From Dehalococcoidia bacterium (GTDB taxonomy: Bacteria > Chloroflexota > Dehalococcoidia > Lucifugimonadales > Australimonadaceae), in NCBI GenBank assembly GCA_022820645.1, contig JAJEFD010000002.1:227514-291513 (forward strand): 64,000 nucleotides of DNA. The letters are read 5' to 3'. Shown here piece after piece: positions 10,883-21,009 of this stretch. The translations under genes and the position numbers were made by a program. Below the pieces are notes generated by a model, which had not been told where the DNA came from, ran no database searches, and saw only the letters and a list, made by a program, of their open reading frames with translations. Numbering within the stretch: the stretch's first letter is position 1; each line of letters begins with the position of its first letter.

Positions 10883-11400
10883 CCGCTGGGCCGCTTCCTG
10901 CGGGGCACGAACGCCAGCCAGAGGATAGGCAACACGATGCCGAGCCCGGCAGCGAGTGCCGGCCACGGGAAACCGCGGCCTTGTCCCACCGTGACTGGCA
11001 GCACGAGCGTCGTGGTCCCTCGCTCCCCGTCGATGCTGACCGTTATCTCCCACTGCCCTGCTTCGCCAGGCTCCAGTATCGCGGTGTATTCATTGGCGCG
11101 CAGGCCGGGCGGACGGGTAGCAGTGGCCGGGCCGATCCGCTGCCCCTTGCGCTCGGCCAGAACGACGACTTGCGGCATGTACGGCAGCAAGACGTCCGGC
11201 GTATCCGGCGCGAGGACAACGGTAACTTCCAGGAAACCGACGCGCGGCACCACGGCCACGAGCACCTCGTAAGGCCCGCTGCCTCCCCTGTACAGCTCAA
11301 CGCTGCCCTCGTGCCTGCTATGCGCCTGAACCTGTGAGGTCCCCGCGACGAGAACGCACGCCGTGAGAACAGCCATTGCAAGCGCCATCGCGGCGGCCAT
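10879..11400 (-). CDS. Hypothetical exported protein with C-terminal membrane anchor (YtkA/FixH-like beta domain possible)
   Basis: Signal peptide ending QAH, G.W.I.V.I motif, C-terminal TM helix followed by RRKR. Confidence 0.6.
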   Translation of the reverse strand: MAAAMALAMAVLTACVLVAGTSQVQAHSRHEGSVELYRGGSGPYEVLVAVVPRVGFLEVTVVLAPDTPDVLLPYMPQVVVLAERKGQRIGPATATRPPGLRANEYTAILEPGEAGQWEITVSIDGERGTTTLVLPVTVGQGRGFPWPALAAGLGIVLPILWLAFVPRRKRPSG

Positions 11401-11404
11401 CGCG

Positions 11405-11869
11405 CTACTTGGCTTCCCCCATCTGGAGCACCGTGTTGAACTCTTCCTCGGTGACCGGGGTGATGGAGAAGCGATTGCCGCGCTTGAGCACCATCATCTC
11501 GGCCAGCGCGGGCTCCGCCCGCAACTCTTCCATCGTGACGATGTCCGCGAACTTCTGGTCCGCCTTGATGTCCACCATGTACCAGAGCGGCTTGTCCGGG
11601 GTGCTCTTCGGGTCCGGATGGTCGGAGTCCGGGTCCCACGCCGTATCGTCGGGGTACCCTTCCCGCACGACGGTAGCGATGCCCACGACGCCTATCGGTT
11701 TCGCGCTCGAATGCCAGAACAGCAGGCGGTCGCCCAGTTTGATGTCGTCGCGCAGCCAGTTCCGTACCTGGAAGTTGCGGACGCCGTCCCACTCGGCGAC
11801 GCCGTCGCGTACGAGGTCGTCGTATGAATAGGTCGTCGGTTCGGACTTGAACAGCCAGTAGCGGGGCAT
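11405..11869 (-). CDS. EVE domain-containing protein
   Basis: YWLFKSEP, WDGVRNFQ, FWHS, RFSITPVT; RBS AGAGGAG. Confidence 0.93.
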   Translation of the reverse strand: MPRYWLFKSEPTTYSYDDLVRDGVAEWDGVRNFQVRNWLRDDIKLGDRLLFWHSSAKPIGVVGIATVVREGYPDDTAWDPDSDHPDPKSTPDKPLWYMVDIKADQKFADIVTMEELRAEPALAEMMVLKRGNRFSITPVTEEEFNTVLQMGEAK

Positions 11870-11940
11870 CTGCTTCTCTCCTCTATGGCCTTTGCACAAG
11901 GTCAGCGAAGGCATATTGGGGGGCGGGATGGGCGTCTGAT

Positions 11941-11978
11941 CCCCTCTCCCTACAAGGGGAGAGGGATAGGGAGAGGGT
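11941..11978 (+). repeat. Palindromic repeat module B (CCCCTCTCCC..GGGAGAGGG..GAGGG)
   Basis: CCCCTCTCCCTACAAGGGGAGAGGGATAGGGAGAGGG. Confidence 0.75.
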
Positions 11979-12027
11979 ACTCCGGGGGGTTGTGGACGGG
12001 TTACGCAAGGTTCCTCCGGTCGACCGC

Positions 12028-12984
12028 TCACGCGAACTGCGGAGCGACCTCCTGCGCGAAACGCTCCATGACGTGCGCGTCGAACGGGCGGGGCGTCATC
12101 AGGATGAAGTGGTCGATGCCGACGTCCACCCACCTGCCCAACTGCTCCGTGATCTGCGCTGGCGAACCGAGCAACATGCTGTCACGGAACTGGTCTTCCG
12201 GCGTCGCGTAGTAGGAGGTCTCCTGCGTTGCCAGCGTGGCGCCTCTCGCAACGGTCGCCTCGACCTCTGACGCATCGTCGGTCAGTTTGATCTGTATCTG
12301 TATGGAGTGGCGCATGCCGGAGAAGTCACGGCCTGCCTCGTCGCAGACCGCCTGCATCCGGCTCAGGTTCACCTTCGCCTCCTCCAGCGGCGCGATCTGG
12401 TTGTAGTCGGTGGCGTGTTTCGCAGCGATCTGCATCGTGCGTTGGCCGCGTCCCCCGACGATGATGGGCGGGTGCGGCTGCTGCACCGGCTTGGGCATCT
12501 GGGGCGCCTCATCCAGCGAGTAGTACGTGCCCTGAAACGAGGCAGGCTCCTCGGTCCAGATCGCCTTGATGACGGAGAGCGCTTCGTCCAGCCGGTCGGC
12601 GCGCTCCTTGAACGGAGGGAACGGGATGCCGTGAACGTCGAACTCGTGCTTGACGTTGCCGCTGCCGATGCCCAGCTCCGCCCGTCCACCGGACACGTGG
12701 TCGATGGTATTGACCATCTTTGCCGTTATGACAGGGTGGCGGAAGTTGTTGTTTATCACCAGCATGCCCAGCCGGAGGTTTTTGGTGTGGCCGGCCATCG
12801 CCGCCATGACGGTAAGACCGTCGAGCCGCGCCGGAGTCGTTCCCCGGCCTGGATTGATCTGCATCAGGTGGTCCGACGGATAGAACCCGTGGAACCCGAG
12901 ATCATCGCAGGTCTGGCATATGTGCAGGAAATCGCTCCATTCGAGTCCGGAGCTCCCGCCGACGCTGAAGAGAACCTTGGCCAT
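12028..12984 (-). CDS. LLM-class (luciferase-like, probably F420-dependent) oxidoreductase
   Basis: SDH, FRHP..TAKM..T.DHVSGGR.ELG.G.G, PKPVQQPHPPII.GG. Confidence 0.9.
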   Translation of the reverse strand: MAKVLFSVGGSSGLEWSDFLHICQTCDDLGFHGFYPSDHLMQINPGRGTTPARLDGLTVMAAMAGHTKNLRLGMLVINNNFRHPVITAKMVNTIDHVSGGRAELGIGSGNVKHEFDVHGIPFPPFKERADRLDEALSVIKAIWTEEPASFQGTYYSLDEAPQMPKPVQQPHPPIIVGGRGQRTMQIAAKHATDYNQIAPLEEAKVNLSRMQAVCDEAGRDFSGMRHSIQIQIKLTDDASEVEATVARGATLATQETSYYATPEDQFRDSMLLGSPAQITEQLGRWVDVGIDHFILMTPRPFDAHVMERFAQEVAPQFA

Positions 12985-13070
12985 GTGCGCCCCCTCTGGT
13001 GGTGTCGAGGGCATTGTACCCGCTCATGCAGTTGGTCGGAGGTGGAGGACACGATGAAGGACACGAACAG

Positions 13071-13100
13071 CAGGGGGCCGGACTTGCGTCCGGCCCCCTG
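13071..13100 (-). terminator. Hairpin downstream of the EamA gene
   Basis: Perfect stem CAGGGGGCCGGAC-TTGC-GTCCGGCCCCCTG. Confidence 0.55.
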
Positions 13101-13130
13101 CTCTTGCTTGAGTCTGCCCGCCGAGGGTTC

Positions 13131-14024
13131 CTAGAACGCCATGACCGCGACGCCCCCCGTTACCAGCCCGGCCGACGCCCAACGTGAGCGCCCCGTACCG
13201 AACGAGGTCCGCTTCCCAAACACAGCCCGAACGCTCATGCCGCTTGCGACAACCCAGAAGAGGAGCAGCACCGGCCTCGTGGACATGATTGCCGTGCTCA
13301 ACGACACCGGCCCCAGCTCGAATGCCAGGAACGACCCGAAGAACGCGAGAAGGATGATCACCTGCGAGGCCCCTACGGTGATGAGCGCCGGGCGCGATGC
13401 AAGCGCCTTTCGCACGTTGGTACGGTTTCCAAGCCAGGCCGTGCTCATCAACAAGGGGGCCGAGAACGCCCAGGAGACCGCGTACATCTGCCAGATGGAC
13501 ATCTCTCCTACCGCAGCCTTGGCAAGCACCGCGTAGATCGCGATGGCAAACGCCGACCCAAGGGCGGCGAGCAGGGTGCGGTTCAGCCTGATCCGTGCTC
13601 CCGGAAGCGCATGGTGCCGCGATGCGACCATCACTCCGACCGTGACGAGGACCGCCGCCCCTGCCTTCAGTGGAGTCAGCGCCTCGCCGAGGAGCACGAC
13701 CGCCATCACGAGCACGAACAGCGGGAAGGCGTCCATCACGGGAACGATGCGCGAGATGTCCGCTTCCCTCCGGAACGCGTAGCCATTGAGCAATTGGACG
13801 ACCGCGTGCAGCATCCCCGCAAAAGCCATCGCGAGGACGGGCCACGAGAACCAGTCTGGAGGAGAAACGATCAGGATAACGGCCGCGAGCAGCGCATGCG
13901 GGATGCTGGCGAGCGCCGCGAAAGTGGACGCTCCATCCACGTGCCGGTCGAGTATGTACTTATGGACCAACGAGTATGCGGTGAAGGCCACCGCAACGAG
14001 CAACGATAACACTACCCAATCCAT
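13131..14024 (-). CDS. EamA/DMT family transporter
   Basis: About 10 hydrophobic helices, LLGE motif, two-repeat architecture. Confidence 0.85.
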   Translation of the reverse strand: MDWVVLSLLVAVAFTAYSLVHKYILDRHVDGASTFAALASIPHALLAAVILIVSPPDWFSWPVLAMAFAGMLHAVVQLLNGYAFRREADISRIVPVMDAFPLFVLVMAVVLLGEALTPLKAGAAVLVTVGVMVASRHHALPGARIRLNRTLLAALGSAFAIAIYAVLAKAAVGEMSIWQMYAVSWAFSAPLLMSTAWLGNRTNVRKALASRPALITVGASQVIILLAFFGSFLAFELGPVSLSTAIMSTRPVLLLFWVVASGMSVRAVFGKRTSFGTGRSRWASAGLVTGGVAVMAF

Positions 14025-14178
14025 CTCTCTCCCCTTCTCTCGCTTGGGCTGTGCTATGCGCTGAGCCAATGACGGGCACGTCTGTTCGGGAAGAACGCGT
14101 ACCCGGTTGGGGCGTCCGCCCAGGACTGGAGCGGACCGGCGGGGTGATCTCCCCCACCGGAGCCGAGGCGCCAAAGCG

Positions 14179-14484
14179 TTATTCTGTTCCCTCTTCGTTC
14201 TCCTCGCTGTCCGGGTTCTCTTCCAAAGCCTCGGATTGCACCAGGGCTTCCAGGTCAAGTACCTCTCGGATACCTGCGTAGTTGACGCCCTTATCGGACA
14301 ACTCAGCTATACGTACGACCAGACCCACGTCAGTGTCCGAGTACAGCCGCGTACCTCCCTCCGTACGCTCGGGCTCGATGAGCCCCGCTGACTCGAACGC
14401 CCGGAGACGGTGCTCCGGTACGCCGGTGAGCCTTGCGACCACGCTGATCGGGTACTTACCCGTGTTCTCGTCCGCGTCGACCAC
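14179..14484 (-). CDS. MerR-family regulator (HspR/GlnR-like)
   Basis: YPISVVARLTGV...LRAFE..GLI.P.RTEGGTRLYS, GVNYAGI. Confidence 0.88.
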   Translation of the reverse strand: MVDADENTGKYPISVVARLTGVPEHRLRAFESAGLIEPERTEGGTRLYSDTDVGLVVRIAELSDKGVNYAGIREVLDLEALVQSEALEENPDSEENEEGTE

Positions 14485-14673
14485 TAAGGTAATCTAACAG
14501 CGCCAGGCAGATTATGCAATAGCCTGAAACAGGATTTCAGCCGGTTAGTCTTACGTTAATCTAACGGTTACAGCCAGGTTACATCCCCGCCGCCGTCAGA
14601 ACACCTCCTTCTCAGAGGAGGCCGCCGCATAACCTCGCTGAAGGTGAAGCGCGCACGCGGTACACTTGGAGCC

Positions 14674-16665
14674 ATGACCACCCGCGTCCGAACAGAGCCG
14701 CGCGCGCCGGAGTTCGCGAACCGCCTCGGCGCCCTGCCCGCACAGCCTGGCGTCTACCTGATGAAGTCCGCTGGCGGAGGGATCCTGTACGTCGGCAAGG
14801 CTGCGAGCCTCCGCAACCGCGTACGCTCCTACTTCCAGACGCCGTACGGCAAGGAGTTGCGCATCCAGGCGTTGGTCCGGCACATCGCGGACTTCGAGTT
14901 CATCGTCACCGAGTCCGTACAGGAAGCGCTGCTGCTGGAGAACCTGCTCATCAAGCAGCACAAACCCTTCTACAACGCCCGGCTCAAGGACGACAAGACC
15001 TATCCCTACATCAAGATCGACCTCGCCGAGGAGTTCCCGCAGGTCTATTTCACCCGGCGGGTGCTGGCTGACGGTGCACGCTACTTCGGACCGTTCGCCA
15101 GCGCCAGTTCCGTTCGCAAGACGATGGACCTGCTCAAGAAACTCTTCCCCTACCGCTCCTGCACCAAGACGATCACAGGCAACGACGAGCGCCCATGCCT
15201 CGAGTACTACATCCATCGCTGTGTCGCTCCGTGTATCGGAGTGGTGGACGCCGGCGGCTACGGCGAGGTGATACGCCAGGTGCTGCGCTTCCTCGAGGGC
15301 GACTCCGAGAGCGTGGAGATGGAGCTGCGCGTCAACATGGAGCGCGCGTCCGAGTCCCTCGAGTTCGAGCGCGCCGCGGTCCTGCGCGATCAACTCCGCG
15401 CTATCGAGTCTGTCTCGCAGAACCAGAAGGTCGTCTCGAACCGGAACGAGGACTCTGACGTCATCGCGCTCGCCTACGACAAGGGCGAAGCGTGGGTCGA
15501 ACTCTTCCGCGTGCGGCGCGGCAAGCTGATCGGGCGCGACCACTTCGTGATGGAGGGCGGCGAGGCGGAGGATGAGCCGGCCCTGCTGGAGCACTTCGTC
15601 CAGCAGTTCTACGAAGCGTCCACGGACGTGCCGGGCGTGCTGTTGATGCAGCACGACATCGAGAACGCCGAGGCCATCGCCGACTGGCTCAGCGGCAAGC
15701 GGGGGCGGCGCGTCTCGGTCTACCGCCCCCAGCGTGGGGAGAAGCGCCAGCTCGTGCAGATGGCGGCCGCCAACGCCGCCGAAGCGCTGACGCAGCGGCG
15801 CATCCAATGGCTGCACGAGTCGGACAAGGTGCTGCAGGCGCTGGCCGAACTGCAGGAGGCGCTGAGCCTGCCGGAGCTGCCGCGACGCATCGAGTGCTAC
15901 GACATCTCGAACATCCAGGGCACGAACTCGGTCGGCAGCATGGTCGTCTTCGAGAACGGACGCCCGAAGAGCGGACACTACCGCCGGTTCCAGATCAAGG
16001 GCGTTGGCGGGATAGACGACTACGCCTCGATGCAGGAGATGCTGCGCAGGCGCTTCCGGAGGCTGGGCGAACAACGGCGTGCCGAAGCGGAAGCGGGGGC
16101 AAGCGCCCCCCTGCCCTCCGATACCGCGGCAACCGGTGAAACCGAGGGCCCGCCGGACGACGCGCGCGGCACGCAGAACTCGTTCGGGTTCGTGCCCGGC
16201 CTCGTCATCATCGACGGGGGCAAGGGACACCTGAACGCTGCGCAGCAGGTCTTCCTGGAATTGGGGCTGACGGACATCCCGCTTTGTTCGCTGGCGAAGC
16301 GAGAGGAGGAGGTGTTCCTGCCGCACGTCCCTGAGCCGGTGCTGCTGCCCCGGCGCTCGCAGGGGTTGTACCTCGTGCAGCGCGTGCGGGACGAGGCGCA
16401 CCGCTTCGCCATCACGTACCATCGACAGCGGCGCTCGCGGGCCGCGACGCGCTCGCGGCTCGACGACGCGCCGGGCATCGGTCCGAAGCGCCGCCGCGAG
16501 CTGATACGCCGCTTCGGGAGCGCGGCGGGCGTCCGTGCAGCGAGTGTCGAGGAGTTAGCAGACATCAAGGGCATGAGCCGTGCTTCGGCGGAGCAGTTGA
16601 AGGCGTTCCTCGGGGGAGACGACTCTCCTCCCCCGCAGGCGCAACTGGAGGAGATGGAGCGATGA
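14674..16665 (+). CDS. uvrC: Excinuclease ABC subunit C
   Basis: GIY-YIG (PGVYLM..LYVGKA..LRNRV.SYF), UVR domain, RIECYDIS, IDGGKG, RDEAHRFA, HhH. Confidence 0.97.
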   Translation: MTTRVRTEPRAPEFANRLGALPAQPGVYLMKSAGGGILYVGKAASLRNRVRSYFQTPYGKELRIQALVRHIADFEFIVTESVQEALLLENLLIKQHKPFYNARLKDDKTYPYIKIDLAEEFPQVYFTRRVLADGARYFGPFASASSVRKTMDLLKKLFPYRSCTKTITGNDERPCLEYYIHRCVAPCIGVVDAGGYGEVIRQVLRFLEGDSESVEMELRVNMERASESLEFERAAVLRDQLRAIESVSQNQKVVSNRNEDSDVIALAYDKGEAWVELFRVRRGKLIGRDHFVMEGGEAEDEPALLEHFVQQFYEASTDVPGVLLMQHDIENAEAIADWLSGKRGRRVSVYRPQRGEKRQLVQMAAANAAEALTQRRIQWLHESDKVLQALAELQEALSLPELPRRIECYDISNIQGTNSVGSMVVFENGRPKSGHYRRFQIKGVGGIDDYASMQEMLRRRFRRLGEQRRAEAEAGASAPLPSDTAATGETEGPPDDARGTQNSFGFVPGLVIIDGGKGHLNAAQQVFLELGLTDIPLCSLAKREEEVFLPHVPEPVLLPRRSQGLYLVQRVRDEAHRFAITYHRQRRSRAATRSRLDDAPGIGPKRRRELIRRFGSAAGVRAASVEELADIKGMSRASAEQLKAFLGGDDSPPPQAQLEEMER

Positions 16666-17042
16666 GCACTGACCAGAACGACAGCAGGCCGCCGGTCTGG
16701 GTGGGGCACGTCAGCATGGCGACTTCGGACCTCGCGGAGTCGCAGACGTTCATGGAACAGCTCGGCATGAGGCCCATGTTCCATAACGAGTCCGTCGCCA
16801 TCTTCGAACTGCGCGGCGGGACGCACCTCGTGCTGGTCGCGGACGAGAACGCCCGGGCGGGCGACGCGCCGTTCGACCTCATGGTCGAGGACCTCGACGC
16901 TACGCACGCCGAGTATGCCGAACGCGGGCTCGCGCCGTCGCCCATAGAGCGCGGGCGCATCCACGCCTCCTTCACCGTCACCGAGCCCGGCGGAGGGCGC
17001 ATCACGGTCAACTCCACCCACGTCTCCAGCCAGCCGGTCTGA
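16662..17042 (+). CDS. VOC/glyoxalase family protein
   Basis: GHVSM...DL..S..F, ELRGGTHL, VEDLDA.H; overlaps the uvrC stop (ATGA). Confidence 0.8.
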   Translation: MSTDQNDSRPPVWVGHVSMATSDLAESQTFMEQLGMRPMFHNESVAIFELRGGTHLVLVADENARAGDAPFDLMVEDLDATHAEYAERGLAPSPIERGRIHASFTVTEPGGGRITVNSTHVSSQPV

Positions 17043-17046
17043 ACGA

Positions 17047-17285
17047 GGCGCTGCCTTGTCATGTTGAGCGGAGCCGGAGTCGAAACATCTCTCGGGTTGC
17101 CTAGCCCCCTCTCCTGAGGGAGAGGTCGCCGCAGAGCGGCGGGCGAGGGCCCCCGGCAGTGGGGCGCGGAGCGCTGCCTTGTCATGTTGAGCGGAGCCGG
17201 AGGCGGAGTCGAAATATCTCTCGGGTTGCCTGATCCCCTCTCCCTTGAAGGGAGAGGGTGAACCGGACGCGGGGCGCAGCCCACC
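17047..17285 (+). repeat. Mosaic repeat array (modules C-B-C-B)
   Basis: Two copies of GCGCTGCCTTGTCATGTTGAGCGGAGCCGGA..GTCGAAA(C/T)ATCTCTCGGGTTGCCT, each followed by CCCCTCTCC..GGGAGAGG. Confidence 0.85.
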
Positions 17286-18560
17286 TCACGCCGCGCTGCG
17301 CTTGACGAGCGTCTCCCGTGTGGCGAACGCCAACAGCAGACCGGCGATCAGGAGGACCGGCGCGTACGCGATGAACGGCGCTGTCGGCCCGACGGTGTTG
17401 AGCAGCAACCCGCCGAGCAACGGCGCGCCCACGCCTCCGACCTCCGCGACCGTCCGTCTGAACGCCTGCAGGCGGCCTCGCACGTGGTTCGGCAGGACGT
17501 CGTACGTGCTCGCTGCCAGCGAGCCGAGCGAGAGCCCGTTGCAGACCGCCATGACCCCGACGAGCGCTACCACGTGCGCGTACGTATCCACGAACGGCAT
17601 GAGCAGGAACGCCACGCCCGGCAGGAACGTGCTCGGCACCGTCGCCCACTTCCGTCCCAACTTGTCGAGAACGAACCCCGCCGGGAGGATCATTGCGAAC
17701 ACCACCCCTCCCGAGACCGAGAAGAGCGCGCCGATCTGGGTGGGCGTGAGTCCCAGCTCCGCGTCCGCGTACAGCGGCAGCACGCTCTGCAGCGTGATGC
17801 GGAACGTGAACCCCGCGAACGTCGCAAGGACGAACACCCAGTAGCTCAGGCGCAGGCCGGGTTCGATCTGCCTGAACAGGTCGATGAAGTCCCGCACGCG
17901 TTGACCGGGTCCACTCCGGACAGCCCCTTCTGTGGACTGCGACGCCGCCTGCGGCGCTCCCTGCGGGGCGTAGGCGTCGTGCGCGAACAGGCCAAGGGCG
18001 ACTGCGATGCCGGTCAGCGCGGCAAAGCCCACGAACGTCGCACGGAAGTCGATGGCCTCTGCCAGGAAGCCGCCGAGCAGCGGGCCGATCGCCAGTGCGC
18101 CAGAGTGCATCCCGTGAAAGCCGCTGAGCACCCTGCCCCGCTGGTCGAGGCGCACGAGGTCGATGCCGGCAACCTCGCGCCCGAGCGCCCAGAGGCTGTC
18201 CCCGATGCCCACGACGAACGTCGCCAGGAGGATGGGCCAGAACCACGGCGTGACTGCGCCGACGAGCGCGCCGAGCAGCACGAGCCCCGGCCCGCCTATG
18301 AGCATCTTCCGGGTGCCGAAGCGGTCGACCAGCACTCCCGCGCCCGGGATGCCGAAGAAACGCCCCAGGGCGTAGGTGGTGACGACCTGCGCCGCGGCGC
18401 CGGGGCTCACGCCGAAGTGGTCGACGAGCACCGGCGTGACCGGCAGCACCATCGCCCAGCCGGAGCCGGAGATGAGCGTTCCGGCGTACAGGTTGCCGAG
18501 GCCGCGGGCCGTGGGGCTGCGGAGCAATGCCACCGGTGAGCGGTTCACCACACTTCCCAC
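17286..18560 (-). CDS. MFS transporter
   Basis: G.LVDRFG.R and GFVLDKLGRK motif A copies; about 12 TM. Confidence 0.9.
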   Translation of the reverse strand: MGSVVNRSPVALLRSPTARGLGNLYAGTLISGSGWAMVLPVTPVLVDHFGVSPGAAAQVVTTYALGRFFGIPGAGVLVDRFGTRKMLIGGPGLVLLGALVGAVTPWFWPILLATFVVGIGDSLWALGREVAGIDLVRLDQRGRVLSGFHGMHSGALAIGPLLGGFLAEAIDFRATFVGFAALTGIAVALGLFAHDAYAPQGAPQAASQSTEGAVRSGPGQRVRDFIDLFRQIEPGLRLSYWVFVLATFAGFTFRITLQSVLPLYADAELGLTPTQIGALFSVSGGVVFAMILPAGFVLDKLGRKWATVPSTFLPGVAFLLMPFVDTYAHVVALVGVMAVCNGLSLGSLAASTYDVLPNHVRGRLQAFRRTVAEVGGVGAPLLGGLLLNTVGPTAPFIAYAPVLLIAGLLLAFATRETLVKRSAA

Positions 18561-18597
18561 CCGTCCCTGGGGGAGAGGTCGCCGCGCAGCAAGCCTC

Positions 18598-19899
18598 TCA
18601 GGAGACGGCCGCTTCCTGCCAGGGCGGCGCGTCCGCCCACGGACGCAGGAAGTCCTGTATCTCCTTCAGGTGCTCCGGGCTCTGACCAGCCTGCGACGGC
18701 GTGAAGTTCGCCAGCCGCGCGGGGTTGTTCATGGACGGCCAGTGCTCCAGTGGCAGCTTGATGCACTCGTTCTCCCCCTCGTCCCGCACGACGGCCATCG
18801 GCTCCCCCCCGTCGGCCACGACGGCCATCTGCTCCGTGAGCAGCTTGCGGTAGAGGATGATGCCGCGGTCGGACTCGCCGAGGTGCTCGCGGTGGCGCGG
18901 CGCGATCCCGCCCTGCGTGATCCACGCAACGAAGTCCTGGTGGTTCACGAGGTCCTCGATGAGGCGGCCGTCTTCCTCGTAGAGGTTCACGTTGAAGTAC
19001 GGGATGCGCTCCTGCGGCTGCACGGCCTGGCCGGGCGCGGCGCGGTAGAAGAACCACGTCACGTGGAGCGTGTTCTCGTCGTCGACGGGGGTGCGGAACT
19101 GCATCGAACAGCGCACCGAGCTCCCAACGAACAGTATCTGCGGGAACATGATGGGGTGACCGATCGCCCAGTCGCCGTGAGTCTCGTCGATGCCCTCGGT
19201 GATGCGGCGTTTCACGATGCCGTAGTCGAAGACGTCGAAGCCGATCTTCTGGTGCCGCTTCGGCAGGATGCCGAACTCATCGGGCTTGGCGAGGCCGAGA
19301 CGCACCGCCTTGTCGTGCTGCTGCCGGACGCCCCAGTAGCCGTGCAGCCACTCCAGGTGTACCGGGTCGAGTGAGTTCTCCATGCACTGCAACCAGTTGC
19401 ACGGGAGCGGCGCGAGCGCAACCTCGCTCCAGCCGTCGTCCCAGGTGAACGGCTCCCAGTTCGGCAGCAGCGGCGTCGGCTGCGGGCCCATGTACGCGAA
19501 CACCATGCCCGCGAGCACCTGCACCGGGTAGCCCGCGACCTTCACCTTCTCCTTGAAGCGTCCGTCCGGATGCACCGTCTCCTCGAAGGGCTGCTCGATG
19601 CACTGGCCGGTCTCGTCCATCATCCAGCCGTGGTACATGCAGCGGAGACCGTGCTCCTCCGGTATGCCGTAGGAGAGGTCGACCCGACGGTGGGGGCAGA
19701 AGCGGTCGATGAGTCCAAGTGTGCCGGACTTGTCCTTGTAGAGGACGAGGTCCTCGCCGAGCAGCCGCACCGCCTTGGTGGGACGCTCGTCGAGCTCCGC
19801 GGCGGCTGCGATGGGGTGCCAGTAGCGGCGCATGAGTTCGCCCATCGGCGAGCCCGGGCCGACTCTCGACAGTCGTTCGTTCTCCTGGATGCTGAGCAT
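18598..19899 (-). CDS. Rieske non-heme iron oxygenase alpha subunit (phthalate 4,5-dioxygenase/LigXa-like), copy 1
   Basis: CPHR..CMYHGW Rieske ligands; ENSLDPVHLEWLH and QD mononuclear Fe ligands; EHLGESDRG. Confidence 0.93.
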   Translation of the reverse strand: MLSIQENERLSRVGPGSPMGELMRRYWHPIAAAAELDERPTKAVRLLGEDLVLYKDKSGTLGLIDRFCPHRRVDLSYGIPEEHGLRCMYHGWMMDETGQCIEQPFEETVHPDGRFKEKVKVAGYPVQVLAGMVFAYMGPQPTPLLPNWEPFTWDDGWSEVALAPLPCNWLQCMENSLDPVHLEWLHGYWGVRQQHDKAVRLGLAKPDEFGILPKRHQKIGFDVFDYGIVKRRITEGIDETHGDWAIGHPIMFPQILFVGSSVRCSMQFRTPVDDENTLHVTWFFYRAAPGQAVQPQERIPYFNVNLYEEDGRLIEDLVNHQDFVAWITQGGIAPRHREHLGESDRGIILYRKLLTEQMAVVADGGEPMAVVRDEGENECIKLPLEHWPSMNNPARLANFTPSQAGQSPEHLKEIQDFLRPWADAPPWQEAAVS

Positions 19900-20012
19900 G
19901 GTCTACCTCCCTGTGCTCCATACACTTCCGGGCCGGTTGGCCGGATTGTACCGCACATGGCGATCTCTCGCCCCACGTATAATCCGGCCATCCGGTCTGC
20001 AGGAGGCGCGTC

Positions 20013-20948
20013 ATGCCGCTCGACCCTGAAGCGAAAGCCTCGTTGGAGAAACGCATCGAGATGGGCGTGCTCGAGCCGCATGAGTCGAGCCCGGAGGAGG
20101 CGCGCGCGCTGCAGGCGGCCCGGCCGAACCTGCCGGGGCCTGAAGTAGCGTCGGTGAGCGACCATCGCGCGCCCGGCCCCCACGGCGACGTGCCTGTGCG
20201 GGTCTACGTCCCGGTGACCGACGACGCGGGACCCCTGCCCGTCTCCATGTGGTTCCACGGCGGCGGATGGGTCATCGGTAGCGTCGCGACGAACGATGCG
20301 ACGTGCCGGGCGCTCGCGAACGCGGCAGGGGCCATCGTCGTGTCGGTCGACTACCGGCTTGCGCCGGAGCACAAGTTCCCCATACCGTTCGACGACTCCT
20401 ACGCCGCGACGGTGTGGGCGGCGGAGAACGCGGCGTCGCTTGGCGGCGACTCGTCGCGGTTGGCGGTCGCGGGCGCGAGCGCCGGCGGGAACCTCTCGGC
20501 GACGATAGCGCTCCGGGCGCGGGATGAGAACGGGCCAGCGCTCGCCCACCAGTCGCTCATCTACCCGGTCACCGACCGGGACTACAGTCGTCCGTCCTAC
20601 GCCGAGAACGGCGAGGGGTACGGACTCTCCTACGCCTCGATGCTCTGGTTCTGGGACTGCTATCTCTCCAGCGAGGCCGACGCCTCGAACCCGTACGTTG
20701 TGCCGATGCTCGCGGAGGACCTGTCCGGCCTGCCCCCGGCGTTCGTCCTGACGTGCGAGTACGACCCGCTCCGCGACGAGGGCGAAGCGTACGCGGAGCG
20801 CCTGCGCGCGGCGGGCGTGCCAACGAAGCATTCGCGCTACGACGGGATGATTCACGCGTTCTTCAACGCGGGCATCCCATTCACACGGACGTGGGACGCT
20901 ATCGACGAGACGGCAGGCGAGCTGCGGAAGGCGTTCGGTACAGCGTAG
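20013..20948 (+). CDS. Alpha/beta hydrolase, HSL (family IV) esterase, copy 1
   Basis: HGGGW, GASAGG nucleophile, DPLRDEG, HAF. Confidence 0.93.
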   Translation: MPLDPEAKASLEKRIEMGVLEPHESSPEEARALQAARPNLPGPEVASVSDHRAPGPHGDVPVRVYVPVTDDAGPLPVSMWFHGGGWVIGSVATNDATCRALANAAGAIVVSVDYRLAPEHKFPIPFDDSYAATVWAAENAASLGGDSSRLAVAGASAGGNLSATIALRARDENGPALAHQSLIYPVTDRDYSRPSYAENGEGYGLSYASMLWFWDCYLSSEADASNPYVVPMLAEDLSGLPPAFVLTCEYDPLRDEGEAYAERLRAAGVPTKHSRYDGMIHAFFNAGIPFTRTWDAIDETAGELRKAFGTA

Positions 20949-21009
20949 ACAGCCCAGCCCCTTTACCCTCGCGTATACTCCGGCGCATCCGGTCCGAAGG
21001 AGAGCCAGC

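Noticed and set aside
16080-16180. Low-complexity insert in the UvrC RNase H-like domain
   Set aside because: Falls in a loop that is length-variable in UvrC and does not match any repeat module
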